Source of the DNA: Anaerolineae bacterium
GTDB lineage: Bacteria; Chloroflexota; Anaerolineae; Anaerolineales; E44-bin32
NCBI GenBank assembly: GCA_011174825.1
Contig: DUEZ01000064.1
Span: 17,512-81,511 of the forward strand
Length of the DNA: 64,000 bases
Reading direction: 5' to 3'
Below, piece after piece: positions 10,962 through 20,070 of this stretch. Each line of letters opens with the position of its first letter. Position 1 is the stretch's first letter. The notes beneath the pieces are model-generated. The model was not told the DNA's origin and made no database searches. It worked only from the letters and a program-made list of their open reading frames with translations. The position numbers and the translations under genes are program-made.

Positions 10962-11471
10962 TCATTCCAGTCTCTGGTCGCAAACACGGCGAAACCCGCA
11001 AGCCCGACAACGGTTCGCTGATTCGTGAGAGCGGGCGGGCTCTTGACGCTCAGCCCGACGCATCTCTGCCAGCACATCTAAGAGCTCATTCTCAAGCGAC
11101 GTGTTGTAGTCTATTGAAAAGGCACGATCAGCGTACTTAACGATCCCATACGAGGGACGCTGCCCATAAGCAGCATGCACCAGCGTGCAATAAGCAGCCA
11201 GTTGCAGAACATGGGACGGATATGGGCCAAGTGGTGCGCGCGCTGACTTTACCTCCACTGGCACCAACTTGCCTGATCTTTTCACAAGATAGTCAGGACG
11301 ACCTGCGAGATTGAGGGTCGGATCATAGAGGGATCGCTCGAAGCGACCCAGATTCTCAGTGTCAACGGATATTACGCGACCGGGCGGTAAGCCCGTTGCT
11401 GCCTGTCGACGCCTGGCCAACCAGAGCAACCCTAATCCTATCAGAAGCAGCAGGAGAGTCAGATAAACCAC
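10962..11471 (-). CDS. Cas4/DUF83-family PD-(D/E)xK nuclease, C-terminal (catalytic) piece with N-terminal TM helix
   Basis: 169 aa. It begins with the TM helix VYLTLLLLLIGLGLLWL. It carries GRPDYLV...VPVEVKS (D...ExK core), QLAAY, and C-terminal CRACGFRRVC, which equals the C-X2-C-X5-C of the Cas4/AddB iron-sulfur cluster. The start is GTG, preceded by GAGGTG. Confidence 0.7.
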   Translation of the reverse strand: MVYLTLLLLLIGLGLLWLARRRQAATGLPPGRVISVDTENLGRFERSLYDPTLNLAGRPDYLVKRSGKLVPVEVKSARAPLGPYPSHVLQLAAYCTLVHAAYGQRPSYGIVKYADRAFSIDYNTSLENELLDVLAEMRRAERQEPARSHESANRCRACGFRRVCDQRLE

Positions 11472-11474
11472 GGC

Positions 11475-11720
11475 TCACCTCAAGGCGAGCGCAGTCAGAT
11501 GGGCTACCCCAGCCACGGCCGAAGCTAGAAGAAAAGCGTAACCCACTAGTCGGATACAACCCGCGGTTAGAACGGCGCGTCCATGTTGACGGTGCCAACG
11601 AACCCCCGCCAGTCGCTCCTCTACATCTTCGGAAGGGTGGCCTTGTCGTGCGTACCACCATGCGCGGTGGCAGAAGGTGAATTGAGGAATCTCGGAGGCG
11701 CGGAGAGTCTTCTCGGCCAC
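11475..11720 (-). CDS. Cas4/DUF83-family nuclease, N-terminal piece (first cluster cysteine plus TM helix)
   Basis: 81 aa. ASEIPQFTFCHRAWWY resembles the Cas4 N-terminal Cys motif. It is followed by hydrophobic LVGYAFLLASAVAGVAHLTALAL. It ends at TGA 11475-11477, in the same frame as the next ORF. Confidence 0.6.
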   Translation of the reverse strand: MAEKTLRASEIPQFTFCHRAWWYARQGHPSEDVEERLAGVRWHRQHGRAVLTAGCIRLVGYAFLLASAVAGVAHLTALALR

Positions 11721-11723
11721 GCC

Positions 11724-12368
11724 TTATGTGCGATCCAGCTTTTTCTCGACCGACTCGAGCGCTTCCTTCAACGCGTGTTGCTGAAGGCTTGTCGTTAAGT
11801 CACCACGTGTACGCTCGACGACACCTCGCACCATATCGGTGATCCGTCGCAAATTCCCGGTGAGGGCATCGGGGAAGTCAATCGTCACCAGCAGTCCGTA
11901 AATGTCCTCCATCGCAGAAAGCAACCTCTCCGCTTCTACGACGTCATCATGTCGCAAGATGTCCAGGACACGCCGGCGCATTTCCCCAACCGCCTCACCC
12001 AAGCCACCAAGATAGGCAGTATACTCCACGCCTAATGTGTTCGGATCGGGTAACGGTTCGCCCCCTAAGAGAGCGTAGACGATGTTCGCCTCGGCATACT
12101 CCTTAAGCGCGCTCATGGTGTACCCGGCGTGGTAGAGATCGGGATACGGAGCCAGCTCATCCCGCAGGATGATCCGCAACTCTCCGGCTTTCTTTAGATG
12201 TTCCTCAGCTAAAGGCCGTTCACCTCGATGAACAGCTCGGATGGCTACCGAGCAATGGCGGATCATGGTACGGGAGTGCTGAAGGGCTCTATCGCGCGCT
12301 GCGTTCTTCTCTTCGAGATGCAGACGGATTTGCTCGCCAATCTTGTCTAGTTTATCCATGAGTCTCAC
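11724..12368 (-). CDS. Translin-family protein (bacterial translin/TRAX-like)
   Basis: 214 aa and all-helical. YLGGLGEAVGEMRRRVLDILR and the LRRITDMVRGVVERTRGDL region match my memory of the translin family pattern (YL.GL.D..GEL.R). Confidence 0.6.
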   Translation of the reverse strand: MRLMDKLDKIGEQIRLHLEEKNAARDRALQHSRTMIRHCSVAIRAVHRGERPLAEEHLKKAGELRIILRDELAPYPDLYHAGYTMSALKEYAEANIVYALLGGEPLPDPNTLGVEYTAYLGGLGEAVGEMRRRVLDILRHDDVVEAERLLSAMEDIYGLLVTIDFPDALTGNLRRITDMVRGVVERTRGDLTTSLQQHALKEALESVEKKLDRT

Positions 12369-12697
12369 TTGTCAGATTCTGGATCGGGAGGGGCCGGTCG
12401 GAATAGTTGGTCGGCCAACGAGGTCCCCTCCGGGAGATGGATCTCACCATGTTGAGCCTCAAAACGAGTCATGTGCTCACTCAGCGCTCGCAACAACAAT
12501 TTGGCGTTATATGCCGTCATGATGACCCGGTTTCTCACATGCGCTTTTGGCACCTGAGGCAACACCTGAGCGAAATCGATCACGATTTCAGAGCGTGAGT
12601 GAGTGATCATGGCGAAATTGGCGTACGTAGGCTCAAGGTCGGCAGGTATGTGTACGCTCATACGACCTGCCGCTGGCTGCTCAGGTTTAGAAGACAT
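12365..12697 (-). CDS. DUF3467-like small protein
   Basis: 110 aa. YANFAMITHSRSEIVIDFAQVLP...NRVIMTAYNAKLLLRALSEHMTRFEAQHGEI matches the DUF3467 pattern as I recall it. Its stop overlaps the translin-like start by 4 nt. Confidence 0.55.
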   Translation of the reverse strand: MSSKPEQPAAGRMSVHIPADLEPTYANFAMITHSRSEIVIDFAQVLPQVPKAHVRNRVIMTAYNAKLLLRALSEHMTRFEAQHGEIHLPEGTSLADQLFRPAPPDPESDK

Positions 12698-12768
12698 GGA
12701 CCTGCTCCACTGGATTGAAAAGGAGGCCTCAACCGTACAAATACCGGTTGAGGCCTATCAAAGGCGAC

Positions 12769-13188
12769 CTAGAAGGGAATCTCGTCCTCAGACTGGGGCC
12801 CTGGTGTCATAACAGCGTCCTCGCTGTCAACGCCAAAGGCTTCCCCGCGACCGCCGAGGAAGCGGACCGTCTGGGCGTTAACTTCGAAGGAAGCCGCCGC
12901 GCTGCCATCCTGCCGCGTCCAGATGCGTGGATTGCCGTTCTCGTCCGCCACCATCCGACCCTCCACCAACACCTGGCGACCTTTGCTCAGGTATTGGTGA
13001 CAAGCTTCGGCCTGCCTGCCCCAAACCGATACACGAAACCAAACTGTTTCGTCTCTTTGTTCACCAGAGCTATCGGTGTACCGCCGGTTGGTCGCGACCG
13101 ATAGATTGGTGACCGCTTGCCCGCTGGGTGTGTAACGCATCTCGGGATCGCGGCCAAGGTTGCCAACAAGAATAACTTTGTGAAACAT
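12769..13188 (-). CDS. ssb: Single-stranded DNA-binding protein
   Basis: MFHKVILVGNLGRDPEMRYTPSGQAVTNLSVATN is an OB fold, and the acidic tail ends DEIPF. I use the internal ATG 13188, preceded by aaggagcacccc, rather than the track start 13248. Confidence 0.9.
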   Translation of the reverse strand: MFHKVILVGNLGRDPEMRYTPSGQAVTNLSVATNRRYTDSSGEQRDETVWFRVSVWGRQAEACHQYLSKGRQVLVEGRMVADENGNPRIWTRQDGSAAASFEVNAQTVRFLGGRGEAFGVDSEDAVMTPGPQSEDEIPF

Positions 13189-13399
13189 GGGGTGCTCCTT
13201 TCCGGTGGGGGTCGATCTCCAGTTCGGCCCGGGCGGCCGTGACAGCATTTAATGCGCCCACCGTACCTAGAACAATTGTACTATAAACCGCTTTTTGGGT
13301 CAATACTTTCGGGGTTCGATTTGCTTCGACGGACAAGCGTGTTCTGACCGCCGGGAGGGCAGCTTCCCACAAGGTTTGAGCTCGGGTGAAGCTGTCCGT

Positions 13400-14206
13400 C
13401 TACCCCTTAACCTCCTCAAGGACTTGAGCGATTAATTGCTGCATGCGCTGGTAATGTGAGCCACGCCAGTAAATGCGAGCACAATCTTCACAACGACGGT
13501 ATTCATCATAGTATTGGCGCGTTTCGGGCTGGAGTTGATCGATGATCTCCTCTTTGTCCACCGGTGTTAGCATGCCATTACAACGGATGCAGCGTTGAAA
13601 CGGGATAATCAAACCAACCAAATCGAACCGCCGCAGGACCTCGGTCAATTGAGCTCGAGGGTGGATCTCGCGCACGAAGTAACCATGCGTCACCTTGCTC
13701 CGCTTGAGCAACCCGCGATCCTTGGTGAGCAAAATCCGGCTTTGATGGCTTGAGATCCGAGCCAGCTCATCATCGGCAAAATCGTTTCGATAAAGGGTGT
13801 CGAAACCCAGCATGCGCAGGTATCCTGCTAAGCGGCCTAGATGAGTATCTACCACAAAGCATACTTCCCGCAGCGGCTTCGGGCGAAGGTGTAGCAAAGG
13901 GGAGATATCCATCGACTCAAACACAGGGTACACGCTGATTTGGTCGCCATCCCGCAAACGATAACCGAAATCTACCGACACACCATTGGCGAGGATAAGA
14001 TCAACCTCGGTGTGAGGTACGCCGAGTGCCTCGATGGTATCTTTAATCGCCGGGCGACCGCTGAAGGCGTAGGTAAACAGAACCTGTCTTCGATCCAGCG
14101 GCAGGAAATCGTTCAATTCCGAGTAGAAGCGGAAGATTGCTTCCGACATAGAAGGCTCTAAAGACATACCTAGCCATAAGATAAACTGCAAATCAGTCCG
14201 GGACAA
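13400..14206 (-). CDS. Mut7-C RNase-domain protein with N-terminal ubiquitin-like domain
   Basis: A beta-grasp-like N-terminus (FRFYSELNDFL...DGDQISVYP) is followed by FVVDTHLGRLAGYLRMLGFD...LLTKDRGLLKR (PIN-like Mut7-C). The C-terminal zinc ribbon is CIRCNG...CEDCARIYWRGSHY. The true start may be an internal ATG (MSEAIF, about 14149). Confidence 0.65.
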   Translation of the reverse strand: MSRTDLQFILWLGMSLEPSMSEAIFRFYSELNDFLPLDRRQVLFTYAFSGRPAIKDTIEALGVPHTEVDLILANGVSVDFGYRLRDGDQISVYPVFESMDISPLLHLRPKPLREVCFVVDTHLGRLAGYLRMLGFDTLYRNDFADDELARISSHQSRILLTKDRGLLKRSKVTHGYFVREIHPRAQLTEVLRRFDLVGLIIPFQRCIRCNGMLTPVDKEEIIDQLQPETRQYYDEYRRCEDCARIYWRGSHYQRMQQLIAQVLEEVKG

Positions 14207-14626
14207 GCCCCCCCGAAGAAATGTGCGACCCTGGTGTCAGGCTGTGGGCTAGGCAGCCCCCCACAAGGTGCACCCAAGCAACGACAGTCCCAAAAGGGTC
14301 AGGTTGGTCTCAGGAAGAAAGGGGGCATTTAAGTCACACTAGACCATGGGTTATCGCTGCTGTGTACGTCTGTCTGGCTCACCCTAAAATCAAGGTGCCA
14401 ATATGCAGAACAACAACGCTGGAGGATCGCACACTACAGGGAGAGTTCCAGGGGTATGGGGACTACAGTCAATAAGTGTGATTTCGGTTGCTCCCAGGAA
14501 TATGGTAATTGGCTATATTTTATGCAGGGACCATGAAGGTACGACAAATGAATATTTTGAAGAATCCAACCTGGAGCACGCATGCAAAATGACCTCAAGA
14601 CAAAAGTGATCCCAAATGGAGGTATC

Positions 14627-15403
14627 ATGAAAGAAAAGAAGAATGTCTTTGATTTCGCAGCTCAAGTGGGCCTCACCAAACAGCTTGGTGGCTTAAAGAC
14701 GACGGATGAACTCATTGCGCTCTGCTACATCGACTCAAGCTGCGAAGTTCTCGATGTGGGATGCGGTGTGGGCGTGACGCCATGCTACCTGGCCAAGAAG
14801 ATCGGTTGCACCGTCGTTGGGGTGGACATCCTGGATGGGATGATCGAATGGTCCAAGAAACAAGCCGAAAGGCAAGGTGTCACCAACCGCACAACCTTCA
14901 GGGTGGCCGATGCCCAGGAGCTCCCATTTGAAGATAACCGCTTCGACGCTGTGATTACCGAATCGGTCACCTCCTTGATGAAGGACCAACCGAAAGCCCT
15001 CCAAGAGTATGTGCGGGTGACCAAACCGGGGGGGCATGTGGGGATGAATGAGAGCACCTGGCTGAAATCGTCTCCACCTCCCGAAGTGGTGGCATGGTGG
15101 TCGGTTGAGTATGGCGGAACACCGCAATTTCACACCGCGGAGGATTGGGTAAGGTTAATGAAAAGTGCTGGTTTGAAACAGGTTACGGACAAAACCTACA
15201 ACATCAGCTTCAGCAGCGGTTTCACAGATCTCGTAAACCGGTACGGCTTGTGGGAAATGTTGAAGGTCTATGGGCGAATGTTTTCCTTATACCGCCGAAG
15301 TCCTGAGTACCGAGAATTTCTAGGAAACGTAAAAGAATCCGGGAGAATGCCAGAGGGGACCATGGAGTACTTCGGGTATGGCATCTACGTCGGGCAAAAG
15401 TAA
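14627..15403 (+). CDS. Class I SAM-dependent methyltransferase
   Basis: VLDVGCGVGV (motif I) and a downstream acidic loop are present. The start is ATG 14627, preceded by ggaggtatc; the track ORF begins earlier at 14582. Confidence 0.75.
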   Translation: MKEKKNVFDFAAQVGLTKQLGGLKTTDELIALCYIDSSCEVLDVGCGVGVTPCYLAKKIGCTVVGVDILDGMIEWSKKQAERQGVTNRTTFRVADAQELPFEDNRFDAVITESVTSLMKDQPKALQEYVRVTKPGGHVGMNESTWLKSSPPPEVVAWWSVEYGGTPQFHTAEDWVRLMKSAGLKQVTDKTYNISFSSGFTDLVNRYGLWEMLKVYGRMFSLYRRSPEYREFLGNVKESGRMPEGTMEYFGYGIYVGQK

Positions 15404-15520
15404 AACCCGTTGGTCCAATATCCGTGTGATCCATCAGAAGGAAGAGCATTCATGCAGCCGTGGTCTTTAGCCTGCGATTCGGGTGCCCACTAGAGGATGC
15501 AGCTATATTTCTAGAGCTTA

Positions 15521-15559
15521 AGACAAAAGGGCTGTCGATCGTTTATCCTCGGACAGCCC
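15521..15559 (-). terminator. Hairpin terminator downstream of tRNA-Arg
   Basis: On the minus strand, gggctgtc (15559-15552) pairs with gacagccc (15536-15529), followed by ttttgtct. Confidence 0.6.
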
Positions 15560-15571
15560 ATCAGATATGTA

Positions 15572-15645
15572 TGCCCCAGGCGCGATTCGAACGCACAACC
15601 TAGGCTTTAGGAGAGCCTTGCTCTGTCCTATTGAGCTACTGGGGC
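15572..15645 (-). tRNA. tRNA-Arg (anticodon CCT)
   Basis: I folded the 74-nt reverse complement GCCCCAGTAGCTCAATAGGACAGAGCAAGGCTCTCCTAAAGCCTAGGTTGTGCGTTCGAATCGCGCCTGGGGCA by hand. It has a 7-bp acceptor stem, a GCTC/GAGC D stem, an AGGCT/AGCCT anticodon stem with loop CT-CCT-AA, and a GTTCGAATC T loop. No CCA is encoded. Confidence 0.93.
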
Positions 15646-15734
15646 TCGGTGGGATTATAGCATCGATCAAACTGAGCGATCGAGATCCTAAGCGTTGACT
15701 GCACTGAAAAAAGCACAAAAACGAGAAAGAGAAC

Positions 15735-15779
15735 GGTATATGTGGGGGTGTGAGCGGCGCTCACACCCCCACATATACC
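15735..15779. repeat. Perfect 21-bp-stem hairpin (GGTATATGTGGGGGTGTGAGC element); probable terminator of the cyclase gene
   Basis: ggtatatgtgggggtgtgagc-ggc-gctcacacccccacatatacc. It lies 36 nt downstream of the stop at 15815 and is followed on the minus strand by a T-rich run. Confidence 0.75.
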
Positions 15780-15814
15780 ACATTTTCTCCTTAGGCGGGG
15801 TTTTTTCAGTGGAG

Positions 15815-16885
15815 TCAACGGTCAAACTCGACTAAATATGCGGTGATAGGCTCCTTCAGATGAAGGAGTTGAAGGTGGTCCAGTTTCTCCGCCTCTAAAT
15901 CCTCCACCTGCTTAAAGGTGTCCTCACTCATCAATATTTGACAGCCCTTGGCGATCTCCTGTAACCGCTTGGCGACGTTGACCACATAGCCCACAACCGT
16001 GTAGTCCATCACTCGCTCTGAGCCGATGTTGCCCACAACCGCCTCGCCAGTGTGCAAACCGATGCCCAGACCGAGGTCGGCTAAATCCTCGCCGGTCTGC
16101 TCACATAACTCCTGAAAACGGTGCTGCATTTCGATCGCCGAGTTAACCGCGCGTTGTGCGTCATCCTCCCCCGCCACGGGCGCGCCGTAGAAGGCCATGA
16201 AGCCGTCCCCGAGATACTTATCGAAGGTGCCTCGATGGGTGAAGACCACCTGGCTGAGGACTTCGAAGATCCGATTGAGGGTTTCGATCACCTGGGGTGC
16301 CGTGTGAACCTCAGTAAAGCGCGAGAAACCGCGAATATCGGCGAAGAGCACCGTCACTGGTCGTAACTCACCACCGAGTTGCAGATAACGCTCAGGGTCA
16401 GTCAGGATGATGTCGGTCACATCCTCGGCCACAAAACGGTCAAGGACCTGTCGTAGGAGGCGGTTGTAGGCCTCGATCTCGTCGTTCAGCCTCTTGATAC
16501 GCAACAATGAGCGCACTCGGGTGAGCAACACCAGTGAACGATAGGGCTTGATGATGAAATCGTCAGCGCCGACCTCGATCGCTTTAAGCTCCTCCTCCTC
16601 GCTGTCGAGCGCGGTGACGATCACCACCGGGACGAAGCGCGTCCCCGGCGAACTTTTCAACGCCGCACAAAGCTCTAGGCCGTTCATGCGCGGCATTTGT
16701 ACGTCAACCAAAGCCAAATCAGGCGGGGATTGGAGTGCCAGCTCAAGCGCGGTCTGCCCATCAGCAGCGGTGACCACCTCATAGCCAGCCTTGGTGAGGT
16801 AGGTCTTGAGCAAATCCCGGTTGAGCCAGTCGTCGTCTGCAACCAGGATTCTCGCCGGTCGGTCAAAGATCTCTGTCAGATCCAT
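15815..16885 (-). CDS. Response regulator receiver domain fused to class III adenylate/guanylate cyclase domain
   Basis: The receiver is ILVADDD...DLALVDVQMPRMNG...K. The cyclase is VTVLFADIRGFSRFTE...FDKYLGDGFMAFYGAP...GLHTGEAVVGNIGS. Confidence 0.88.
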   Translation of the reverse strand: MDLTEIFDRPARILVADDDWLNRDLLKTYLTKAGYEVVTAADGQTALELALQSPPDLALVDVQMPRMNGLELCAALKSSPGTRFVPVVIVTALDSEEEELKAIEVGADDFIIKPYRSLVLLTRVRSLLRIKRLNDEIEAYNRLLRQVLDRFVAEDVTDIILTDPERYLQLGGELRPVTVLFADIRGFSRFTEVHTAPQVIETLNRIFEVLSQVVFTHRGTFDKYLGDGFMAFYGAPVAGEDDAQRAVNSAIEMQHRFQELCEQTGEDLADLGLGIGLHTGEAVVGNIGSERVMDYTVVGYVVNVAKRLQEIAKGCQILMSEDTFKQVEDLEAEKLDHLQLLHLKEPITAYLVEFDR

Positions 16886-17392
16886 CTCGTGCTCAAATGA
16901 ACCATTTCTTCCAAGAGTCGACCTCAGACATCGTCATTGGTGAGGGGCTATGAAACACTGCACCCCACCCTTGAAATTATACAGGCATCAGCTACAGTAC
17001 CAAAAGGGACAGTTTGCCGTGGTTTTCAATGATCTCTCGCTATCAATCCTGCCTTCCCTATGATCATGCTCACTTTTCCGCTGGTTCTACGCTGGGGTAG
17101 AATTATGGCAACTGCTACGCGCATCAATTCAGTGGGAGAGGTATCGGTCGCCCTTGGCGTGCACTTGTCGGTGGTCGCTGTACCACATGCATGAGAGGGG
17201 CGTCTGATGACTGTTCACCCAAGGGATACTTTCTCGAGGCTTGCAGCACAAGATCATCTTCTCAGATTGTTTGCTACAATGTGACAATCCATCGCCCATG
17301 ATCATGATGGGTGAAACCAACAAATACTAGAGCGTGGCCAATCCACGTGGGGACAATTTGAACGAAACTATCAACGCAGGAGTACAGTACAG

Positions 17393-19195
17393 ATGTCGGC
17401 TTCTGAAACTATTACACACGACATCATCATCGTGGGAGCAGGTTTAGCGGGTACATGGGCAGCGATGACTGCGGGGGAAGAGAAGCTAGATATCGCAGTC
17501 CTTTCCAAGGTTCATCCCCTCCGTTCCCACAGCGGCGCGGCGCAAGGCGGAATCGCTGCCGTACTTAACAACGTTCGACCCGTGGAAGGGACCGGACCGC
17601 GCGGCCCGCTAGAACCCATTCCTCCAGGAGGTGAGGCGGTCGACAGCCTTGACCTACACATGTTCGACACGATCAAAGGCTCCGATTGGCTGGGTGATCA
17701 AGATGCCATCGAGATCTTGGTAAGGGAGGCGCCTGAGATCGTCTATGCCTATGAGCACATGGGGTGTGTGTTCAGCCGGCTGCCCGACGGCCGGATCGCC
17801 CAGCGGCGATTCGGCGGCCACAGTGTCCCGCGTGCGAACTACTCGGCTGACTATACTGGCCATGTCCTGCTTCATACGATCCACGAACAGGCACTGCGTC
17901 GTGGCGTAAAGTTTTACAGCGAGTGGTATTGCATGGATTTGATCATAGAAGAGAACGTGTGCCGCGGTATTATCGCCCTAGAAATTCTCACAGGGAGACT
18001 CTATACCATGAGAGCCAAAGCTGTGATGTTCGGTACTGGGGGGTACGGCCGAGCTTATAAGATCACCTCCAATGCCTTGGCCAACACCGGTGATGGCGTG
18101 GCGATCAGCTACAACGCCGGCGTTCCGCTCATGGATATGGAGTTTGTCCAATTCCACCCAACTGGTCTTTACCAAAAAGGAATCTTAATGACCGAGGCTT
18201 GTCGAGGCGAAGGCGGGTATTTGGTCAACAGTGAAGGTGAGCGATTCATGGAACGATACGCACCGGAAAAGATGGAGTTGGCGCCACGCGACCTGGTCAG
18301 CCGTGCCGAGCAAACAGAAATCGATAAGGGGCGAGGCATCGGCCCCGATTCCCAGGGTTTGCACTTGGACATGAGACATCTTGGGGAACAAAAAATCTGT
18401 GAACGTTTACCACAGGTTCGGGACCTGGCCATGAAGTTCGCTGGTGTGGATATGATTGACGCACCCGTACCCATTCAACCCACGGCACACTACAGCATGG
18501 GTGGCATCCCCGCCAATTCGAATGGTCAGGTCATCGCCGATACCAATGGCACACCCGTCGTCGGCTTTTACGCTGCAGGTGAGTGCGCCTGTATCAGCGT
18601 CCACGGGGCCAACCGGCTCGGCACGAATAGCCTTCTAGGGGCATCCGTCTTCGGCAGACGGGCTGGCCGCACGATGGCGGAATTTGTCAAGAACGGTGCT
18701 GAATTACCACCCCTACATGATGATCCCGCAAAGCACAATCAAGCGCGGATCAAACACCTGATGGATGGTAATCCTGGGTCTAACAACCACGAGTCCGTGA
18801 GCCAAATCGCAGAAGAACTCAAAGCTACGATGACGCAAGGTTGCGGAATCTTCCGCGATGAAGAGAGACTAGCGAATGCGTTGCGCAAGGTTAAAGAGCT
18901 GCAGGAGAGGTACAAATCTGCGCGCATCATGGACAAGAGTGGACGCTTCAACACCGACCTATTAGAGGCGATCGAAACAGATCACCTGCTTACCTTCAGC
19001 GAGGTGATCGTGGCGAGCGGCATGGCTCGGACTGAAAGCCGTGGGGCTCACTACCGCACAGACTACCCTAAGCGGGACGATGAAAACTGGCTCAAGCACA
19101 CCATGGCACATAAAGAAGAAGACGAACCCAAACTCAGCTATAAATCGGTCAACATAGACTGGGAAAAGTTTCCGCCTCAAGAGCGGAAATACTAA
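17393..19195 (+). CDS. sdhA: Succinate dehydrogenase/fumarate reductase flavoprotein subunit
   Basis: 600 aa. [13 protein letters not shown] (FAD binding), [11 protein letters not shown] (covalent FAD His region), HPTG, RGEGG. Confidence 0.92.
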   Translation: MSASETITHDIIIVGAGLAGTWAAMTAGEEKLDIAVLSKVHPLRSHSGAAQGGIAAVLNNVRPVEGTGPRGPLEPIPPGGEAVDSLDLHMFDTIKGSDWLGDQDAIEILVREAPEIVYAYEHMGCVFSRLPDGRIAQRRFGGHSVPRANYSADYTGHVLLHTIHEQALRRGVKFYSEWYCMDLIIEENVCRGIIALEILTGRLYTMRAKAVMFGTGGYGRAYKITSNALANTGDGVAISYNAGVPLMDMEFVQFHPTGLYQKGILMTEACRGEGGYLVNSEGERFMERYAPEKMELAPRDLVSRAEQTEIDKGRGIGPDSQGLHLDMRHLGEQKICERLPQVRDLAMKFAGVDMIDAPVPIQPTAHYSMGGIPANSNGQVIADTNGTPVVGFYAAGECACISVHGANRLGTNSLLGASVFGRRAGRTMAEFVKNGAELPPLHDDPAKHNQARIKHLMDGNPGSNNHESVSQIAEELKATMTQGCGIFRDEERLANALRKVKELQERYKSARIMDKSGRFNTDLLEAIETDHLLTFSEVIVASGMARTESRGAHYRTDYPKRDDENWLKHTMAHKEEDEPKLSYKSVNIDWEKFPPQERKY

Positions 19196-19223
19196 GCTCC
19201 CATCATCAAAACGAGGAAGTCAC

Positions 19224-20033
19224 ATGGCTAATCGTTCTTTCCAAGGGAATAGCGCGACAATTCGTGTCCAGCGTTTCAATCCTGACGTCGATGAAAAGGC
19301 CTATTTTGATGAATTCTCCATACATTTAGAGCCAGGTACTACCATCTTAGATGCGCTGAGAGAGATCAAGAGCGAGCAGGATGGCAGCCTTACGTATCGA
19401 CGCTCATGCCGCCACGCGATCTGCGGCAGCTGCGCCATGAACATCAACGGAAAAAATATGTTGGCTTGTAATCAGCCTCTTAAGGATCACCTCGATCGGA
19501 GGGGGAGAATAACCATCCGACCGTTGCCTTACCAGCCAATCATCAAAGATCTAGTGGTAGACCGCTCCGTTTTTTGGGAGCAATACCAGCGCGTGAAACC
19601 ATGGTTGATACCTCCGCAAGATGTCCCGGAGAAGGAATTCCGCATGAGCCCCGAGGAGGTCGAAGCGCTCAAAGACGCTGAGAAGTGCATCATGTGCGGT
19701 GCCTGTTATGCTTCCTGCCAAGTGATCGGCCTCAACAGACGCTACATAGGCCCACACGCCCTGCTCAAGGCTTTTCAAAAAATACTGGACCCCCGCGATA
19801 GCGTCCCAGGCGAGCGTTTGGCTGAAGTGGCCGGCGATGACGGGGTATTTCGTTGCCACACCATTTTCAATTGCATCGACGCTTGTCCTAAGGAACTCAA
19901 TCCAACACAAGCCATTGAGACCCTGCGTAAACTTGCACAGAAGCGTCAGGCCTTTGAAGCAATGCGCAGAGAACGACAGAAGTCGCTCATCGTATCAACC
20001 CCCACCAGAACAGCAGAGCCGTCTGGGGATTAA
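19224..20033 (+). CDS. sdhB: Succinate dehydrogenase iron-sulfur subunit
   Basis: CRHAICGSCAMNINGKNMLAC (2Fe-2S), CIMCGACYASC and CHTIFNCIDACPK cluster motifs. Confidence 0.9.
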   Translation: MANRSFQGNSATIRVQRFNPDVDEKAYFDEFSIHLEPGTTILDALREIKSEQDGSLTYRRSCRHAICGSCAMNINGKNMLACNQPLKDHLDRRGRITIRPLPYQPIIKDLVVDRSVFWEQYQRVKPWLIPPQDVPEKEFRMSPEEVEALKDAEKCIMCGACYASCQVIGLNRRYIGPHALLKAFQKILDPRDSVPGERLAEVAGDDGVFRCHTIFNCIDACPKELNPTQAIETLRKLAQKRQAFEAMRRERQKSLIVSTPTRTAEPSGD

Positions 20034-20070
20034 GACACGGAGTGAAGTCAATAAGAGAGGGAGTGTTCGT

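Noticed and set aside
10925-11077. N-terminal extension of the NAD kinase ORF
   Set aside because: It would overlap the 3' end of the Cas4-like gene by more than 100 nt. The conserved NAD-kinase sequence begins at the internal Met (10924).
11475-11477. In-frame TGA read as selenocysteine or programmed read-through
   Set aside because: The position lies between two hydrophobic helices, not at a redox-active site. I see no SECIS-like hairpin immediately downstream. A good SD plus GTG restart follows instead. I keep it only as a split gene or mutation (see findings).
19837-20070. 5' extension of the sdhC ORF
   Set aside because: It overlaps the sdhB coding region in another frame. ATG 20071 has a strong RBS and starts the hydrophobic anchor protein.
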